Shown here: in pieces, positions 1 through 13,299 of the stretch | Layout of the letters: each line of letters opens with the position of its first letter | Numbering within the stretch: the stretch's first letter is position 1 | DNA from: Mustelus asterias | Taxonomy: Eukaryota | Direction of reading: 5' to 3' | Length of the DNA stretch: 64,000 bases | Assembly (NCBI RefSeq): GCF_964213995.1 | Contig: NW_027590159.1 | Coordinates: forward strand, 1 to 64,000 | Notes under the pieces: generated by a model | Databases searched by the model: none | What the model saw: the letters and a program-made list of their open reading frames with translations, nothing else | What the model was told of the DNA's origin: nothing | Position numbers and translations under genes: made by a program

Positions 1-284
1 CTTGTTAGTGATGGAGAGAGCGAATAGGGTGAATGAGGGGGCGGATAATCTTGTGGGTGGCTTTGCCCTGGATTGTGTCAAATTTCTTGAGTTTTTACAG
101 GTTTCCCTCATTGAAGAAAGGGGAAATTATTCAATTGCGACTGATTGCGAAAGATTTAAATGTTTTTCCAACCCTTGGCCCGCGCTCCGTATTGTGCTCA
201 CTTGTCACTCCCACTTACTGTGTGAATGGGTGAGTATGTGTGGAGTGACTGTGCTTTTCCAGACTGAATCAGCCAAATAGAGAC

Positions 285-1321
285 TTATACACATCACACA
301 CTCTCACACACATAAATACTCTCATATTCCCTCACACATGCACACACACACACACATACATACTCACACTTACTTTCTCTCTCATACGGTCTCTCTTACA
401 CACCCATACACATTCTCTCTCTCACGTTACACATACACTCTCTCAATACAAATACATACATCGTCTCACTCTCTCCATCAATCTCTCACATCCCCATACA
501 CAAAAGCGCTCACATCCCCACACACCCACCCATTCTCTCTTATACACAGACACACACTCTCACATAAGCACAGTCTCACACTCTCGCGCACGCACTCTCA
601 CATGCACTCTCTCTCTCTTCCACTCTCTGTCACACACGCTCAAGCTGTCTCACATTTCTTCACACGCTCTCTCACAATTCCTCTTGCACACGCATCTCTC
701 TCTCTCTCACACACACACGCACATATTTATATTTCTCTTGCGCACACTATCTCACACCTCTACATTCTTCCTCTCACACACTGGATCTCTCACAAACACT
801 CTCACAAACATAGAACATGCACACACTCTAACACACACTCTTACACAGAGACACGGTCTCTCACATAAGCACAGTCTCGCGCACACATTCTCTCTCTCAC
901 ACACACACATGCACTATGCCTCTCACATTCCCTCTTCCGTACACTCTCACTTTGTCTCACACACATTCCCATGCCCTCTCTCACTCATACGGACACTTGC
1001 ACACGCATTCTCTCACACAGGTACATATTTCTCTCTCTTTCACCCGCTCACTCCCTTACACATTGTCTCACACACGCACAATCTTGCTCTCAAACACTGT
1101 CTCTCACAAACACCCTCTCTTTCACACGCACACAATCTCGCACACAGTCTCTCCTCCTCTAATACACGAACACACATGTATATACAATGTATCTCTCTTT
1201 AAACACTCCACCTATCACAGACACATGTTCTCTCAACAGTCAATTCACTCACACACACTCACGCATCCACTCTGTCTAAGTTTCACACTTTTTCTCGCTC
1301 ACACACACTCTCCCCGCCCCT

Positions 1322-1367
<46 letters not shown>

Positions 1368-1879
1368 AAACACCCCACATTGCTTCTATCTCCCACACAC
1401 ATTGTACACATCTTTCGCACTCACACGCCATCCCATGCACAGTTTCACACACTGATGAACATATTATTTTGCTTTCCAATAGGCACTCCCTCTCACACAC
1501 ACTGTCTTTCACATGAACACAACACTCTCCCACACACATAACCTCCCTCTCAGGCACACACACTCTCTTTCACAGACATCGTGTATCTCAAATAGACACA
1601 CTCCCTTTCACATCAACGTACACACAATCACACACAGAAGTACTCTTTCACACAGACTCCCCACACACACTCTCCCCGCCCCTCCACACACATACATTTT
1701 CAAGAAGAGACACACTCTCACACACAAAGAATAACTCTTCAAACACACATTCTGTCTCTCACACACACATTATCTCACACATCCTTTCTCTCACGCACAC
1801 TCTCTCCTCTTGCACGCACAGCCCACTGTCTCACACACGTGCAAACGCATTCTATCATTCACAGGCATCCTCACACACA

Positions 1880-1925
<46 letters not shown>

Positions 1926-2030
1926 CTCCCTCTATCTCTCTCTCCCTCTATCGCTCTCTCTCTCTCGCTCTCTCTCACACACACACTTTCGATCTCACAT
2001 ACGTCAGAGTATCTGTCCTTGACACCATAG
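285..2030. repeat. CA/CT-rich low-complexity simple repeat region (J-Cmu intron)
   Basis: Degenerate (CA)n/(CT)n runs, e.g. pure (CA)n near 1323-1364 and (CT)n near 1883-1916; the ORFs here are His/Thr/Ser-rich artefacts. Confidence 0.9.
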
Positions 2031-2034
2031 AGTA

Positions 2035-2340
2035 GAATCATAGGATGCTACAGTGCAGAAGGAAGCCATTCAGCCCATCGAGTCTGCACCAACAGCAATC
2101 CCAGCAAAGCCCTATCCCCATAACCACATGTATTTACCCTAACTAGTCCCCCTGACACTAAGGGGCAATTTTAGCACGGCCAATCCACCGAACCCACATC
2201 GTTGGACTGTGGGAGGAAACAGGAGCACCGTAAGGAAACCCAAACAAACACGGGGGGAACTTGCAAACTCCACACAGACAGTGACCCAAGTCGGGAATCC
2301 AACTCTGAGGCAGCAGCGCTAATCACTGTGCCACCGCCAC
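2035..2340 (-). mobile_element. tRNA-derived shark SINE (HE1-like)
   Basis: Reverse complement reads GGCACAGTGATTAGCGCTGCTGCCTCA...GGGTCACTGTCTGTGTGGAGTTTGCA...CCCACAGTCCAA...GATGGGCTGAATGGC; the same family recurs many times in the window. Confidence 0.85.
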
Positions 2341-2959
2341 CGCCCCCCCCCCCCACCCCCGACCACCCCCCCCCCCCACCCCGATAGCCCCCCCCCCACC
2401 CCCACCCCCACCCCCACCCCGGTAGCATTTGAATGAGGGTGGGATCAAGGGGCCCGAGTAAAACTCAAGTCAATAAGAATGGGCGGGAAATTCTTCTCTG
2501 TTTGGAGTCATACTTAGCACAAAGCAACATGGTATTGGTGGTTGGAGGTCAAACATCTAGGTTCAGATTTCACTGCAGGATTTCGGCAGGGGAGTGTTCT
2601 GGGACGAACAATCTTCTACTGCTTCAACAGTGACAATACCCTCCAACATGAGGTCAGAAGTAGGAATTTCCATGTGTTACACCGGACACAAAAACCCAAA
2701 AAATAAGAAGGGAATTGGCTGAGACCAAGGCCGCCTGGCTCCCCAATACTGGTTGATTCCTGTGCGACCCATCCTAGTTTTGCTGTCAGCTTCCCTGCAG
2801 ATCCCTCAGTCTGACTATTTGTTCACTGGTACGTGTTTCTTAAAGAAAGACACCGACATTAAAGCAGCTGCCCGGTGATTTACACATCCCTGTTACTGAA
2901 AGCTGATCAATGTGGAGAATCGGGAAAAGATCGATGGAGAGGAAGAGGTGGAGGTGGCC

Positions 2960-4445
2960 CACTGACTCTCTCACCCTCACCCACACTTCCTCACTCACCC
3001 TCAATCTCTCATCCTCACTCAAAGAACTTGACTCACTCACCCTCACTTACCCACCTTCCCTCGCTGACACACTCTCACTCATTCATCCCAACTCACTCAT
3101 CCCAACTCACTCACCCTTGCTCACTCATCCACCCTCACACACTCAATTTCACACACTCAACCTCACACACTCAACCTCACACACTCAACTTCACACACTC
3201 AATTTCACGCACTCAACCTCAGAAACTCACTGATCCTCATTCACCCTGAGTCACTCACCCTCACACCCTCACTCACTCAAAATCACTCACACACATTCGC
3301 TCTCTCACTCTCACCCATCCTCACTCACTCACCCTCATTCACTCACATTCACACCCTCATTCCCTCACCAGCACTCACTCACTCACACTCACTCGCCCTC
3401 ACACACCCTCATTCACTCACTGTCACTCAGTCACCCACACTCACACGCTATCACTCACTCAACCTCACTCACTAACCCTCAGTCACTCACTCAGAGCCTC
3501 AGTCACTCACCAACACTCATAGTCACCTTCGTTCACTCATCCCACTAACCCACCCTCACTCACCCAGTCTCACTCACTCTCACTCACTCAGTCCACTTAC
3601 CCACCCTCACTTATCCAGTCTCAATCACTCTCACTCACCCTCACTCACCCCACTTACCCACCTTCACTCATCCAGTCTCAATCACTCTCACTCATTCACC
3701 GCACTTACCCTCCCTCACTCATCCAGTCTCAATCTCTCACACTCACCCTCACTCACTCACCACACTTACCCTCCCTCACTCACCCAGACGCACCCCCACA
3801 CACTCAAGCTCAATTACCCTCTCTCTCTCACGTACGCCACCTGACCCATTCAAACTCACTGAGACTCACGCAACTACATTCACTCACACACCCTCACATA
3901 TTCACCATCACTCACGTTCACCCACCCTAACTCACAGATCCTCAATCACTCATCCTCGGTCAAACACCTTTACTCACTCACCTTCACTCATCCACCCATC
4001 CACATTCATTCTCCCTCACACACTCTCACACACCACCCTCAATAACACACCCTGACTCACTCACTCTCTCACCCTCACTTACTAAGTCACATTCACTCCT
4101 CACCCTCATTCACTCGCTCTCACTCACCCACCTTCACTAACCTTCACGCATCCTCACTCACTCACCCTCATTCATTCTCTCTTACCGACACTCACTCACC
4201 CACCTTCACTCACACATTCAGCCACCTTCACTCACCCACCCTCTCTCACACACCCTCATTTACTCACGCTCTCTCACCCTCACCCACACTCACTCACTCA
4301 CCCTCAATCACTCATCCTCACTGAAAGAACTTCACTCACTCACCCTCACTTACCCACCTCCCGTCACTCACACACCATCACTCATCCACTCTCACTCCTT
4401 CAATCACTCACCCTCACGCACTCACATTCTCTCACTCACACTCGC
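2960..4445. repeat. (TCAC/ACTCAC)-rich degenerate simple repeat
   Basis: Hundreds of CACTCAC/CACCCTCAC motifs, C/A-rich on the + strand. Confidence 0.9.
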
Positions 4446-4544
4446 TAAACCTGTGTGTGGAGGTCTGCAATGAGAGAGAAGAAAGATCTCAAGCGGCAGT
4501 TTGGTGTTCAAATGTGGGAGCTGCCCTGCAAATGTGGAGAGCTG

Positions 4545-5160
4545 GGGGGAAACCCTGGGGGCTCAGGGCCAAGGACAATGGCAACGAGCCGGGGAGAACA
4601 GGAGGCGTGCTAAAGGGCAGAGAGCCGGGGGGGAAGGGCAGAGAGCCCGGGGAATGGGCCCACAGCCGGGCAACAGGGCTGAGAGCCGGGAAAGGGCAGA
4701 GAGTCAGGAGAAAGCGCAGAGAGCCAGAAGAAAGGGCAGAGAGCTAATAGAAAGGGCAGGGAGCCAGGTGAAAGGGCAGAGAACCAGGAGAAAGGGCAGA
4801 GAGACCAGGGAAAGAGGAGAGAGCCAGGATAAAGGGCAGGGAGGCCGGGGAAAGGACAGAGAGCCGAGGAAAAGTACAAGAGAGCCCAGAGGAAAGGGCA
4901 GAGAGTCAGGGGGAAAGGCAGAGAGTCAGGGGGAAAGGGCAGAGAGCCAGGGGAAAGGGCAAAGTGGATATGGAGCAGGGACACCGGGCAGAGAGCCGGG
5001 GGAAAGGGTAGGGAGCTGAGGGAAAGGGCAGGGAGCCGGGGGAGAGGGGACAGAGCTGGAGGGAAGTGTAGAGAGCCAGGTGAAAGGGGAAAAGAGCCAC
5101 AGGGAATAGCAGAGAGCCAGGGGAAAGCGCAGAGAGTCGGGGAAAATGGGCAGAGAGTGG
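4545..5160 (+). repeat. G-rich ~20-bp degenerate tandem repeat (GGGAAAGGGCAGAGAGCC-like) about 1 kb upstream of Cmu1
   Basis: Repeated AAAGGGCAGAGAGCC(A/G)GG units, strongly purine/G-rich on the non-template strand. Confidence 0.85.
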
Positions 5161-5483
5161 GTGATCGACGGGCGGAGTGAGGATGTGCAAAATAGAGCTA
5201 GCACCACAACCAGATCATCTGTAATCTCAGTGAATAATGGAGGAGACGTCAGGGCCCGAATGGCCAACTCTTGCTATTAATGTATGACCCTTCAATTAGT
5301 CAATGTTGCAATTATTTGAATTTGTAATCACATTTAGATTTTCCTGGTCATTCAGTAAGTATTCATTCCGAAGGTAGTTTTGAAGCAAAGTCACTAATCT
5401 TCGTTTTGTGGAGTGAGAGGCAGTGAGTTGGAGAGAGGAAGGGACATCAGTTAGTTTGTACACAGGCAATATCCAAAACTACA

Positions 5484-5605
5484 ATGTGGATATGCCGACA
5501 CTAGGTTGGGGTGGGCACAGTAAGGAGTCTCACAACACCAGGTTAAAGTACAACAGGCTTATTTGGAATCGTGAGCTTTTGGAGCTCTTGCATCAGGCGA
5601 GTGGC
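5484..5605 (-). mobile_element. Penelope-like element terminal fragment
   Basis: CACAACACCAGGTTAAAGTACAACAGG...ATTTGG...CATCAGGCGAGTG is the reverse complement of the Penelope terminus at 56650-56787. Confidence 0.6.
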
Positions 5606-6135
5606 TGATATGAATGAAGAGACACCGTCTTCATCACAAAGTGCTGTTGTTTGAGAAATAGCTCGTGCCTGAAGTAATGGAGAAACTCTTTACACTTCTC
5701 TGTTAATCCAATGAATGGTATGTCATTACAATGACATCAAAATGTTTTTGTCTTTCCAATCTGATAGAGGTCGAGACAGTGATGTGAGTTTCTACAAAGA
5801 TGGTGATTCTCAAATGATAGGAGTAACAGAATCTGAAAGGTGTATGTAGGTCTTAATCGGGAAATATTAAGTTAAGTTCATAATTCTAGACAAATCGTGA
5901 TGTAGAAACATAGAAAATAGAAGCAGGAGTAGGCCATTCGGCCCTTTGACCCTGCTCTACCATTCACTTTGATCACAGCTCATCAATATCCTGACCCCGT
6001 CTACTACCCATATCCATTGATCCCTTTAGCCCCAAGAGCTATACCTAATATAGAAACTTACTTGTATAAATATGTTTGACTAATTAATAAACGCAAGTAA
6101 GAGTCTAACTTGTTGAATCGACTATTCTTTCCCAG

Positions 6136-6435
6136 CGACACCGTCTCCGCCCACTCTCTACAGCCTCGTCTCTTCCTGTCAGCAACACAACCCCGGCGGC
6201 TCCATCACCTACGGCTGTTTGGCGATGGACTACTCTCCAGATGTCTCCAAACTGACCTGGAAGAAAAATGGGCAGCTGATCGCCACTGGATTTAAGACTT
6301 ATCCATCAGTGAGAAACGCGAATGGAACCTACACCCTGAGCAGCCAGTTAACCATCACCCAGTCAGAGGGAGAGTGCAGCAAAATCGACTGTGAGGTTCG
6401 ACACAGCGACTCCGTCAAGAGCATTGGAATGCAAT
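6136..6435 (+). CDS. IGHM: IgM heavy chain constant exon Cmu1
   Basis: Acceptor ttctttcccag|CG and donor CAAT|gtaagt. Translation [16 protein letters not shown]...GCLAMDYSP...LTWKKNG...YTLSSQL...CEVRH is a C1-set Ig domain typical of shark Cmu1. Confidence 0.95.
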
Positions 6436-7415
6436 GTAAGTGTTGTGGAACTTGGGCAAGACAGGAACGCTGTGATTGAACTGTCTAAGGCTTTAGTTAT
6501 AACTGATCTGTAGCATTCTGAAAAAAATTGAATTATTCAAAATCCAAGTAAGTGTCTACTGACTGAAAAGTTGTTCAGAACCAAAGAACAACAGGACTAT
6601 TACTGTGCAGAATGAGGCCATTGAGCCCATCATGTCTGTGCTGGCCAAAAGGGAGAACAAATAAACTAGCCAGACATTTGGAGCCCATTTTCCAGCCCTT
6701 GCGCCGTAGCCGTGCAGGTTAAAGCACCTGAGATGCAGACGTAATGACCTTTTAAATGACCATGCTTCCTGGTAATTGAGCCCTCGACTTGGGGAATGAA
6801 TTATTTCTGCCTACGTCCCTTCTAATTTTGTGAACCACAATTATGTCACGCCTCAGCCTCCTCTTTTTCTAAGGAGAAAAACCCCTGCCTATCCAATCTC
6901 GCCTCATGGCGGGAATTTTCAGTCCCTGGCAACATTCTTGTCAGCGTCATCTCTCTCTAGAGCCATAACGTCATTCCTGCAACGTGGTGACCAGAACTGA
7001 ACAGCAAACTCCAAACGTAGCCTAACTAGCGTTTTATACAGCTCCATCATTGCATCACTGTTTTTGCATTCAATATCTCACATAATAGAGGAACTAATCC
7101 GATATGCTTTCTTGATCAACTTTTCCAGTTGCCCTCCCATCTACAAGGACCTGTGGACATGCACTCTAAGGTCTTGCATTTCCTCAATCCCTCAAAATCT
7201 TCCATTTTATCGACTATTCCCTTGCTTTGTTTGCCCTCCCAAATTCATTGCGTGGCACTTTTGACGGTTGAATTCCATTCGCTATTTCCCTACCAATTCA
7301 ACCAAACCATGGATATAATTCTCAAATTGGCAGCTCCGGTGCTAAAATAAAAGCTATAATTTTATTTGTTGTCAGTTGAACCTTCAAGTAACGTCTGAAC
7401 GTGTGTTTGTTGAAG

Positions 7416-7721
7416 GCGACATCCCCCCAACCGTTATCCTCACCGTGAGTTCCAGTGAAGAAATCACAAGCAGGAAATTTGCAACCATCGTCTGTTCAAT
7501 CATCGATTTCCAGCCAAAGTCAATGACGGTGGAGTGGCTGAAGAATGGGCAGCCCATGGATTCAGGAATTGCCACCTCTCCTGCCTGTGAAGTGAACGGA
7601 AACTTCTCGGCGAGCAGTCGGCTGACAGTCTCCGCTGGGGAATGGTCCAGCAAAACGGTCTATACCTGCCAGGTCACTCATCAAGGACTCACTCAGAGTC
7701 AGAACATCACCGGATCTCTGG
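7416..7721 (+). CDS. IGHM: IgM heavy chain constant exon Cmu2
   Basis: Acceptor tttgttgaag|GC and donor CTGG|gtaagg, phase 1. [33 protein letters not shown]...WLKNG...YTCQVTH. Confidence 0.95.
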
Positions 7722-8613
7722 GTAAGGGATGCAAACCGAGGGAAAACAAATCATTCCGCTGTTAATCGGAATTAGAGATTTATTGAAGTTCGTGCGAAGC
7801 ACAGAGCTGTCATGTAGTTTGCTGCAGTCGGATAGCGCCTCATTCAGAATTTCATCACATCAGCAATTATTTTTATTCTGTCATGAGATGTTCTCCATGG
7901 CCCATCCCTGAGAGCACTTAAGAGTCGACGACGTTGCTGTGGATCTGGAGTCACATGCATGCCAGAGCAAGATAAAGACAGCAGATTTACATTTTAAAAG
8001 GGCATTCGTGAACCATTTACAGCAATGGCTTCATAATGATCGTTAGACTTTTAAATATCGTTTTGTAATCAAATCAAAGTTGACCATTTGTGGTGGTGAG
8101 ATTCGAATCTATGACCCCAGACTTTTGCCCTAGGTTACAAACCCATTGATAACACCACCATGCCACTGCCTCTCCTTGAAACAATGCGCCCTTCTAATTT
8201 GAAGTAATATAGTGACCGAGGCGGACTTGATGTCAGCTTCTCCTGACACAGCTGGTAAAATTTGGAGAAACAGTAGGTGTCGGACTGTTTCACAGGTCAC
8301 AGCGTAGGGGTAAAATGTTGGAAAGTGCATCCACCCTATTTATAAACCAACGGCCATTAATTTTTCCTGAGTTCAGGATGGTCTATTTGTGTGGGAATGC
8401 TGCAATGCTGATTCATCAGAATGATCCCGCTGCTACAATACTTTAATAAAGAGAATAATTTCACAGAGCAACCTGGTTTTCCATTCACCATAGAAGTTGA
8501 AAGGCGATAGTTAGAGTTTGATAACTCGAAGGCGACTTCGTCTCCTTTAGGCTGAATACTGCTGTCCTGCTTCTGAAGGAGAACTTGAGTTGGTTTTCAT
8601 TTTTCATTCACAG

Positions 8614-8922
8614 GTCCTTCCCACTGCCCGGATTCCACAGTGACAATACAACCACCACCAATAGAACAGGTCTTACTCGAGGCGACTGTGACCTTAACCT
8701 GTATCATTTTCAATTCTCCTTCCGGAGTCAACGTGTCCTGGATCCGAGACAGGAATTATTTGAAATCAGAGATTGCAGAAAAGCATGAAGAGGATCCTGA
8801 CAGCATGGTCAGCAACTTAAACATCTCGACACAAGCCTGGCTGAGTGGGGCTGTGTTTGACTGCGTGGTGAGCCATCAGGATCTGCCGACTCCTTTAAGA
8901 AAATCCATCCACAAGGAAAGAG
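8614..8922 (+). CDS. IGHM: IgM heavy chain constant exon Cmu3
   Basis: Acceptor ttcattcacag|GT and donor AGAG|gtgagc. [21 protein letters not shown]...VSW...[14 protein letters not shown]. Confidence 0.95.
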
Positions 8923-9398
8923 GTGAGCTGAGAGATTGAAGCAATAAATGCGTCACTGTGTCTATTTCCAGTGTAAGTGTAATGTTCAATACTTAGTATT
9001 CAGTGCATTACCACTCCTCTGAGTGGTAACTCTGCTAACTAAACGCTCTGGGCCTGTAGATATTTTTGCGTGGGACGTTGATGAATGAAAAGTGATCTGA
9101 AGAGAATGGTATTGGTTTATGATCGAATAAGTAGGGAGTAGTCTGGTGTGGTACACAAAACCCAACGCAGAACAGTTGGGCCGAATAGCCTGTTTCTGCG
9201 TTGTAATCTTTCTGAAACTTTCCAGTCTAGCCCCGAGTTATTTGAGAAAGCGATTGTGTTCCCCTCTCCTCGAAGCTGGAAGTCAAAAATGGAAACATTT
9301 AAATTCGAAAGCAAAGCATAATTTTCTGATATCTAACCAGTGGTTTCATTGTTTGCAGAGTTCTCCAGTTTATTGACATTTATTGCAATTTTCTGCAG

Positions 9399-9787
9399 AT
9401 CCAAATCCGCGGGAACCGTCCGTCTCTGTCCTCCTGCCCTCGGCAGAACAAATATCCGCTCAGAAATTCGTCTCCCTCAGCTGCTTAGTGAGAGATTTCT
9501 CCCCGCGAGAGGTCTTCGTCAAGTGGACCGTCAATGACAAGCCCGTGAATCCCGGGAACTACAGGAACACTGAGGTGGTGGCGGAGAACGGGAATGGCTC
9601 CTTCTTCATGTACAGCCTGTTATCCATTGCAGCGAAGGAGTGGGCCAGCGGCACTTCTTACTCCTGCGTGGTGGGACATGAAGCACTCCCCTTGAAGATC
9701 ATCAACAAAACAGTTGACAAATCCAGCGGTAAACCCAGTTTTGTGAACATTTCTCCTGTACTGGTGGACCCCGTTAGTTCATGTTAA
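9399..9787 (+). CDS. IGHM: IgM heavy chain Cmu4 plus secretory tailpiece (internal membrane-form donor at 9728|9729)
   Basis: Acceptor ttctgcag|[42 protein letters not shown]...[11 protein letters not shown]...DKSS|GKPSFVNIS...SSC*; internal donor AGCG|gtaaac. Confidence 0.95.
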
Positions 9788-9826
9788 TGAGAATTTATTG
9801 GTTATATTTCGAGCTGCAAGAAAAAT

Positions 9827-9832
9827 AATAAA
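9827..9832 (+). terminator. Poly(A) signal of secreted mu mRNA
   Basis: AATAAA 40 nt after the tailpiece stop codon. Confidence 0.75.
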
Positions 9833-9949
9833 GCTTTTTTCATCTGCTTATGAGTTAACCATCCAACCTGCTAATTCATTTTGATTCCTCTGTTAGCTAT
9901 GGGCATAAATGCTCCTCCGACAGCAGATACTTACCAGTGTCTTGCCTCC

Positions 9950-10245
9950 CTGTGGCACAGTGGTTAGCATTACTACTTCACAACACCAAGGACCTGGGTT
10001 GGATTCCTGGCTTGGGTGACTATCTGTGTGGAGTTTACACATTCTCCCCGTGTCTTCGTGGGTTTCCTCTGACTGTTTCGGTTTCCTCCCATAGTTTGAA
10101 AGACGTGCTTTTTAGATGCATTGGCCACGCTAGGTTCTTCCCCAGTGTACCCGAACAGGCAACGGTATGTAGCGACTAGGGAATTTACACAGTAAATTTA
10201 TCACAGTGTTACCGTAAGCCTACTGTGACACTAATAAAAAAAGCC
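9950..10245 (+). mobile_element. Shark tRNA-derived SINE
   Basis: GTGGCACAGTGGTTAGCATTACT...GGTTGGATTCC (A/B boxes)...TGTGACACTAATAAA. Confidence 0.8.
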
Positions 10246-12392
10246 ATAAAAAATAAACCTCAATCTTAGAGACCCAGCGCTCCAAATTGAGATAGAGTAC
10301 AGAATTAAGGTGGATTGGCGCTAATTAATTCAGTGATTACCCTGAGTAAGTTCAGCAAATTTCATCCAGTTACTGGTTGATGCGAAAACGTTCTAATTCC
10401 GAGCAACAAATGATTCACTTTTAAATATAGACGACTCGTCAATCCCATCAAAGTTTTGATCATTTCTTCGTTGCAGAATCGCACCCAGTGGGGACTGGAG
10501 TCAGAGCGACACAAGAATAACAACGGAAACTCTCATCCCCAGTCGCAGATAGGGCACTAGGCTGTTCAATCAATCCTCCATCAACTCGCCTGATAGAGAG
10601 GCGAGAAAATTGATTTTTTAACTCACTGTCCCCACTCACCTACCCGACAGAGGGGGAAAAGAGCAATTGTTTACCCATTAAACTCACTGTGCCAACAGAG
10701 AGAGGGGAAAGGGCGATGGTTAACCCATTATACTCCGCCTCGCCAAGGAGACAGAGTGGAAAGGCACCGCTCCCTATTTCTGTGGACTCAGTTTATATTG
10801 GTTCAAAGTTTCTAATGGTATGATGTATTAAATACTAACAGCCCAAAACTTCACTGGTGTTTGAATTCTTCTGGCTTTTTCCCGTTCTATCCCTGATGTT
10901 CTGAGGACTGCTGATTGAAATGCTTCTTTCATTCAGCTTGTTGTCACATTGCAGCTCACATTACACCACATGAATTCCCAGAAAGAGGCGAATATTCCAT
11001 TAATATCGTCTGACAGGGACAGTTCCGGTTCGGTTTATTTAGTAAAACTTGGAGCAATAATAATGATGTTCACGTACTGTCAGACACACAGAAACAGAGA
11101 TAAACACGCACATATACATCTCCACAAACACAGCACAAACCAGAAGAAAATACAAACATAAACATTAACAACCCATGCCCCCTCGCAAATTAAAACTAAA
11201 GCATTCCAATTAAGACTATCATAAACATTGACACGGGTGACCACTCATACACATGCATTAACAAACTCTAACATCCTTCCATAAACACAGGTCAACGGAT
11301 TCTCTGACCCATCACATAAACACACCAATAAATATTCACTCCCTCACAGTGAAAAGGGGTACACACAGAAGCAGGCACATTAACACACACATTAATTCAT
11401 AGAGATGGATAAACACTAAAATACACACATGGTCAATATATCCACATGATAGACTTAATTTCCAAATAAAACATACTTTAATTTAGATATCTATATGGCA
11501 GAACAGAAATTGAATATCGCTGAAAAAAGAAAGATGTTTAAGCTTTTCATCTTGCATTCCCCAGGCTCTTCACAGGAATAATAACTATCACGGGAACAGC
11601 AATTTATAATTCTTAGGGAGAGAGTGGCGAATGCAATGCATCTAACTGTGCGAGAAGCTGCATGCATTAAAGCACAGCACCCTATTCTTTGCAGAGATAA
11701 ATAACACATACAGACATTGTGTTTGTATCATCTGAACAAAATAGGAGACAGCCAAGATCTGATTCCTTTCTCAGGGCAATAACTTGACCAATTACTGTGA
11801 ATGTGTCTGCTCTGAACTTAAACAAAGCTTGGCAGTTCACTCTCAGTCAACGTTTAACTGTTACATTCATCATGGAATGTCTCCACTAATCACAGTCCAC
11901 TTGTCAACCAACATGTACTGTTTTCTCGTGAAGTATCAATTATTGCTCCATTTGCGTTTGATGTTTGTGCCATTGTCCTCTGACTACAAGACAAAAAACT
12001 TCAACATATCTCTTTCAAATATATTTATATCGACACCACGGTAACGTAACACATTCTCACACACAGGGGCACACAAACAAAGATTAAAACAGATCAGTAC
12101 ATCCCCATGTGCACATATACAGAGGCTAAAGCACAAACAAAAATGGAAGGCTTTCAGGAAAATTAAAATTCAGTTGTTTTTACTAAGGGGTCCGTGCTGC
12201 TGTATCAAAGCCTAAAACCATGTTCTCCTTTCGAAACTGACGTGAATAAATTAACTGCCAAATCCAAACAAACAAAGAGTATAATCCTTTCCATCTGTTA
12301 TCGATCATCATTTACAGTACCTCAATGAATAACTGTCTGAAGTTATCTCTAAAATCATCCAGGACGATTCGAAGAGCAAAATAAATAGTATC

Positions 12393-12725
12393 AGGGCAGC
12401 TTGGTGGCTCAATCGTTAGCATTGCTGCCTCACAGCTCCAGGGACCCAAGTTAAATTCCATTCTTGGGTGGCTGCCTGTGCGGAGTTTGCGTGCCTGCAT
12501 GGGTTTCCTCCAGGAGCTCCCGTTTAATCCCACAGTCCAAAAATGTACAGGTTAATTAGATTGGCCATGACAAATTGCCCCTTGGTGTCCCAAGATGTGT
12601 AGGGTATGTGGAATAGCCATGGGACTGTTGTGCAGTTATGGAGATGGGGTGGCTAGGTCCAATGTCGGTGAAGACTCGATGGGCCGAATGGCCTCTTCAG
12701 GACTGCAGTAATTCCATAATTCTAC
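12393..12725 (+). mobile_element. Shark tRNA-derived SINE (HE1-like)
   Basis: GGGCAGCTTGGTGGCTCAATCGTTAGCATTGCTGCCTCACAGC...CCCACAGTCCAA...GACTCGATGGGCCGAATGGCC. Confidence 0.8.
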
Positions 12726-13299
12726 GACTTGACCAGAGGTCCAATGTGCGTTACTTCAATATTCAAATAGCTGATGTCTGATATTGCCTCTTACTCCAGT
12801 TCCCACTTACTTCTCATATCCTTTATTACCCGATAAACCAAAACTATATCTGCCCCAGCCTTAAAAATATTCAATGATGGGGCATCCACAGTCCTCTCGG
12901 GCAGGCCACTCAGAAGAGTCATATCCCTAAGTGAAGGAATGTCTCCTCATCTCAGCCCTAAACGAGAGCACACCTATTCAAACGCCCGTTATTTTAAATT
13001 CCCCATCCAGAGGTAACAGCAGCTCAGTGTCCAACTTGTGAAACCCATTCGGATTATTTTGTCTCAATGTTATCGCCTCTCATTCTTCTAAACTAAAGAG
13101 AATGTAGACCCAAGTTGCTCAGTCCGCGTCAGTTATCTTCAGTCGTTTGGTCTTCATAATATTAGTTACTGATAGTTGGTACAAAATTAAACAAGACTAA
13201 ACGATCGCCTAAGATTAAATAATAAAATATATGTTCAAATACATATGTTCAAATCCAGTATGAGGAACATATTGGAAGGACGGGTGCGGAATTTGTAAC

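Noticed and set aside
338-5267. Long His/Thr/Ser-rich and Gly/Arg/Glu-rich ORFs
   Set aside because: They are translations of simple repeats.
1-6100. IgH V, D or J segments and RSSs
   Set aside because: No WGxG J motif or convincing heptamer/nonamer pair was found; they presumably lie upstream of the window.
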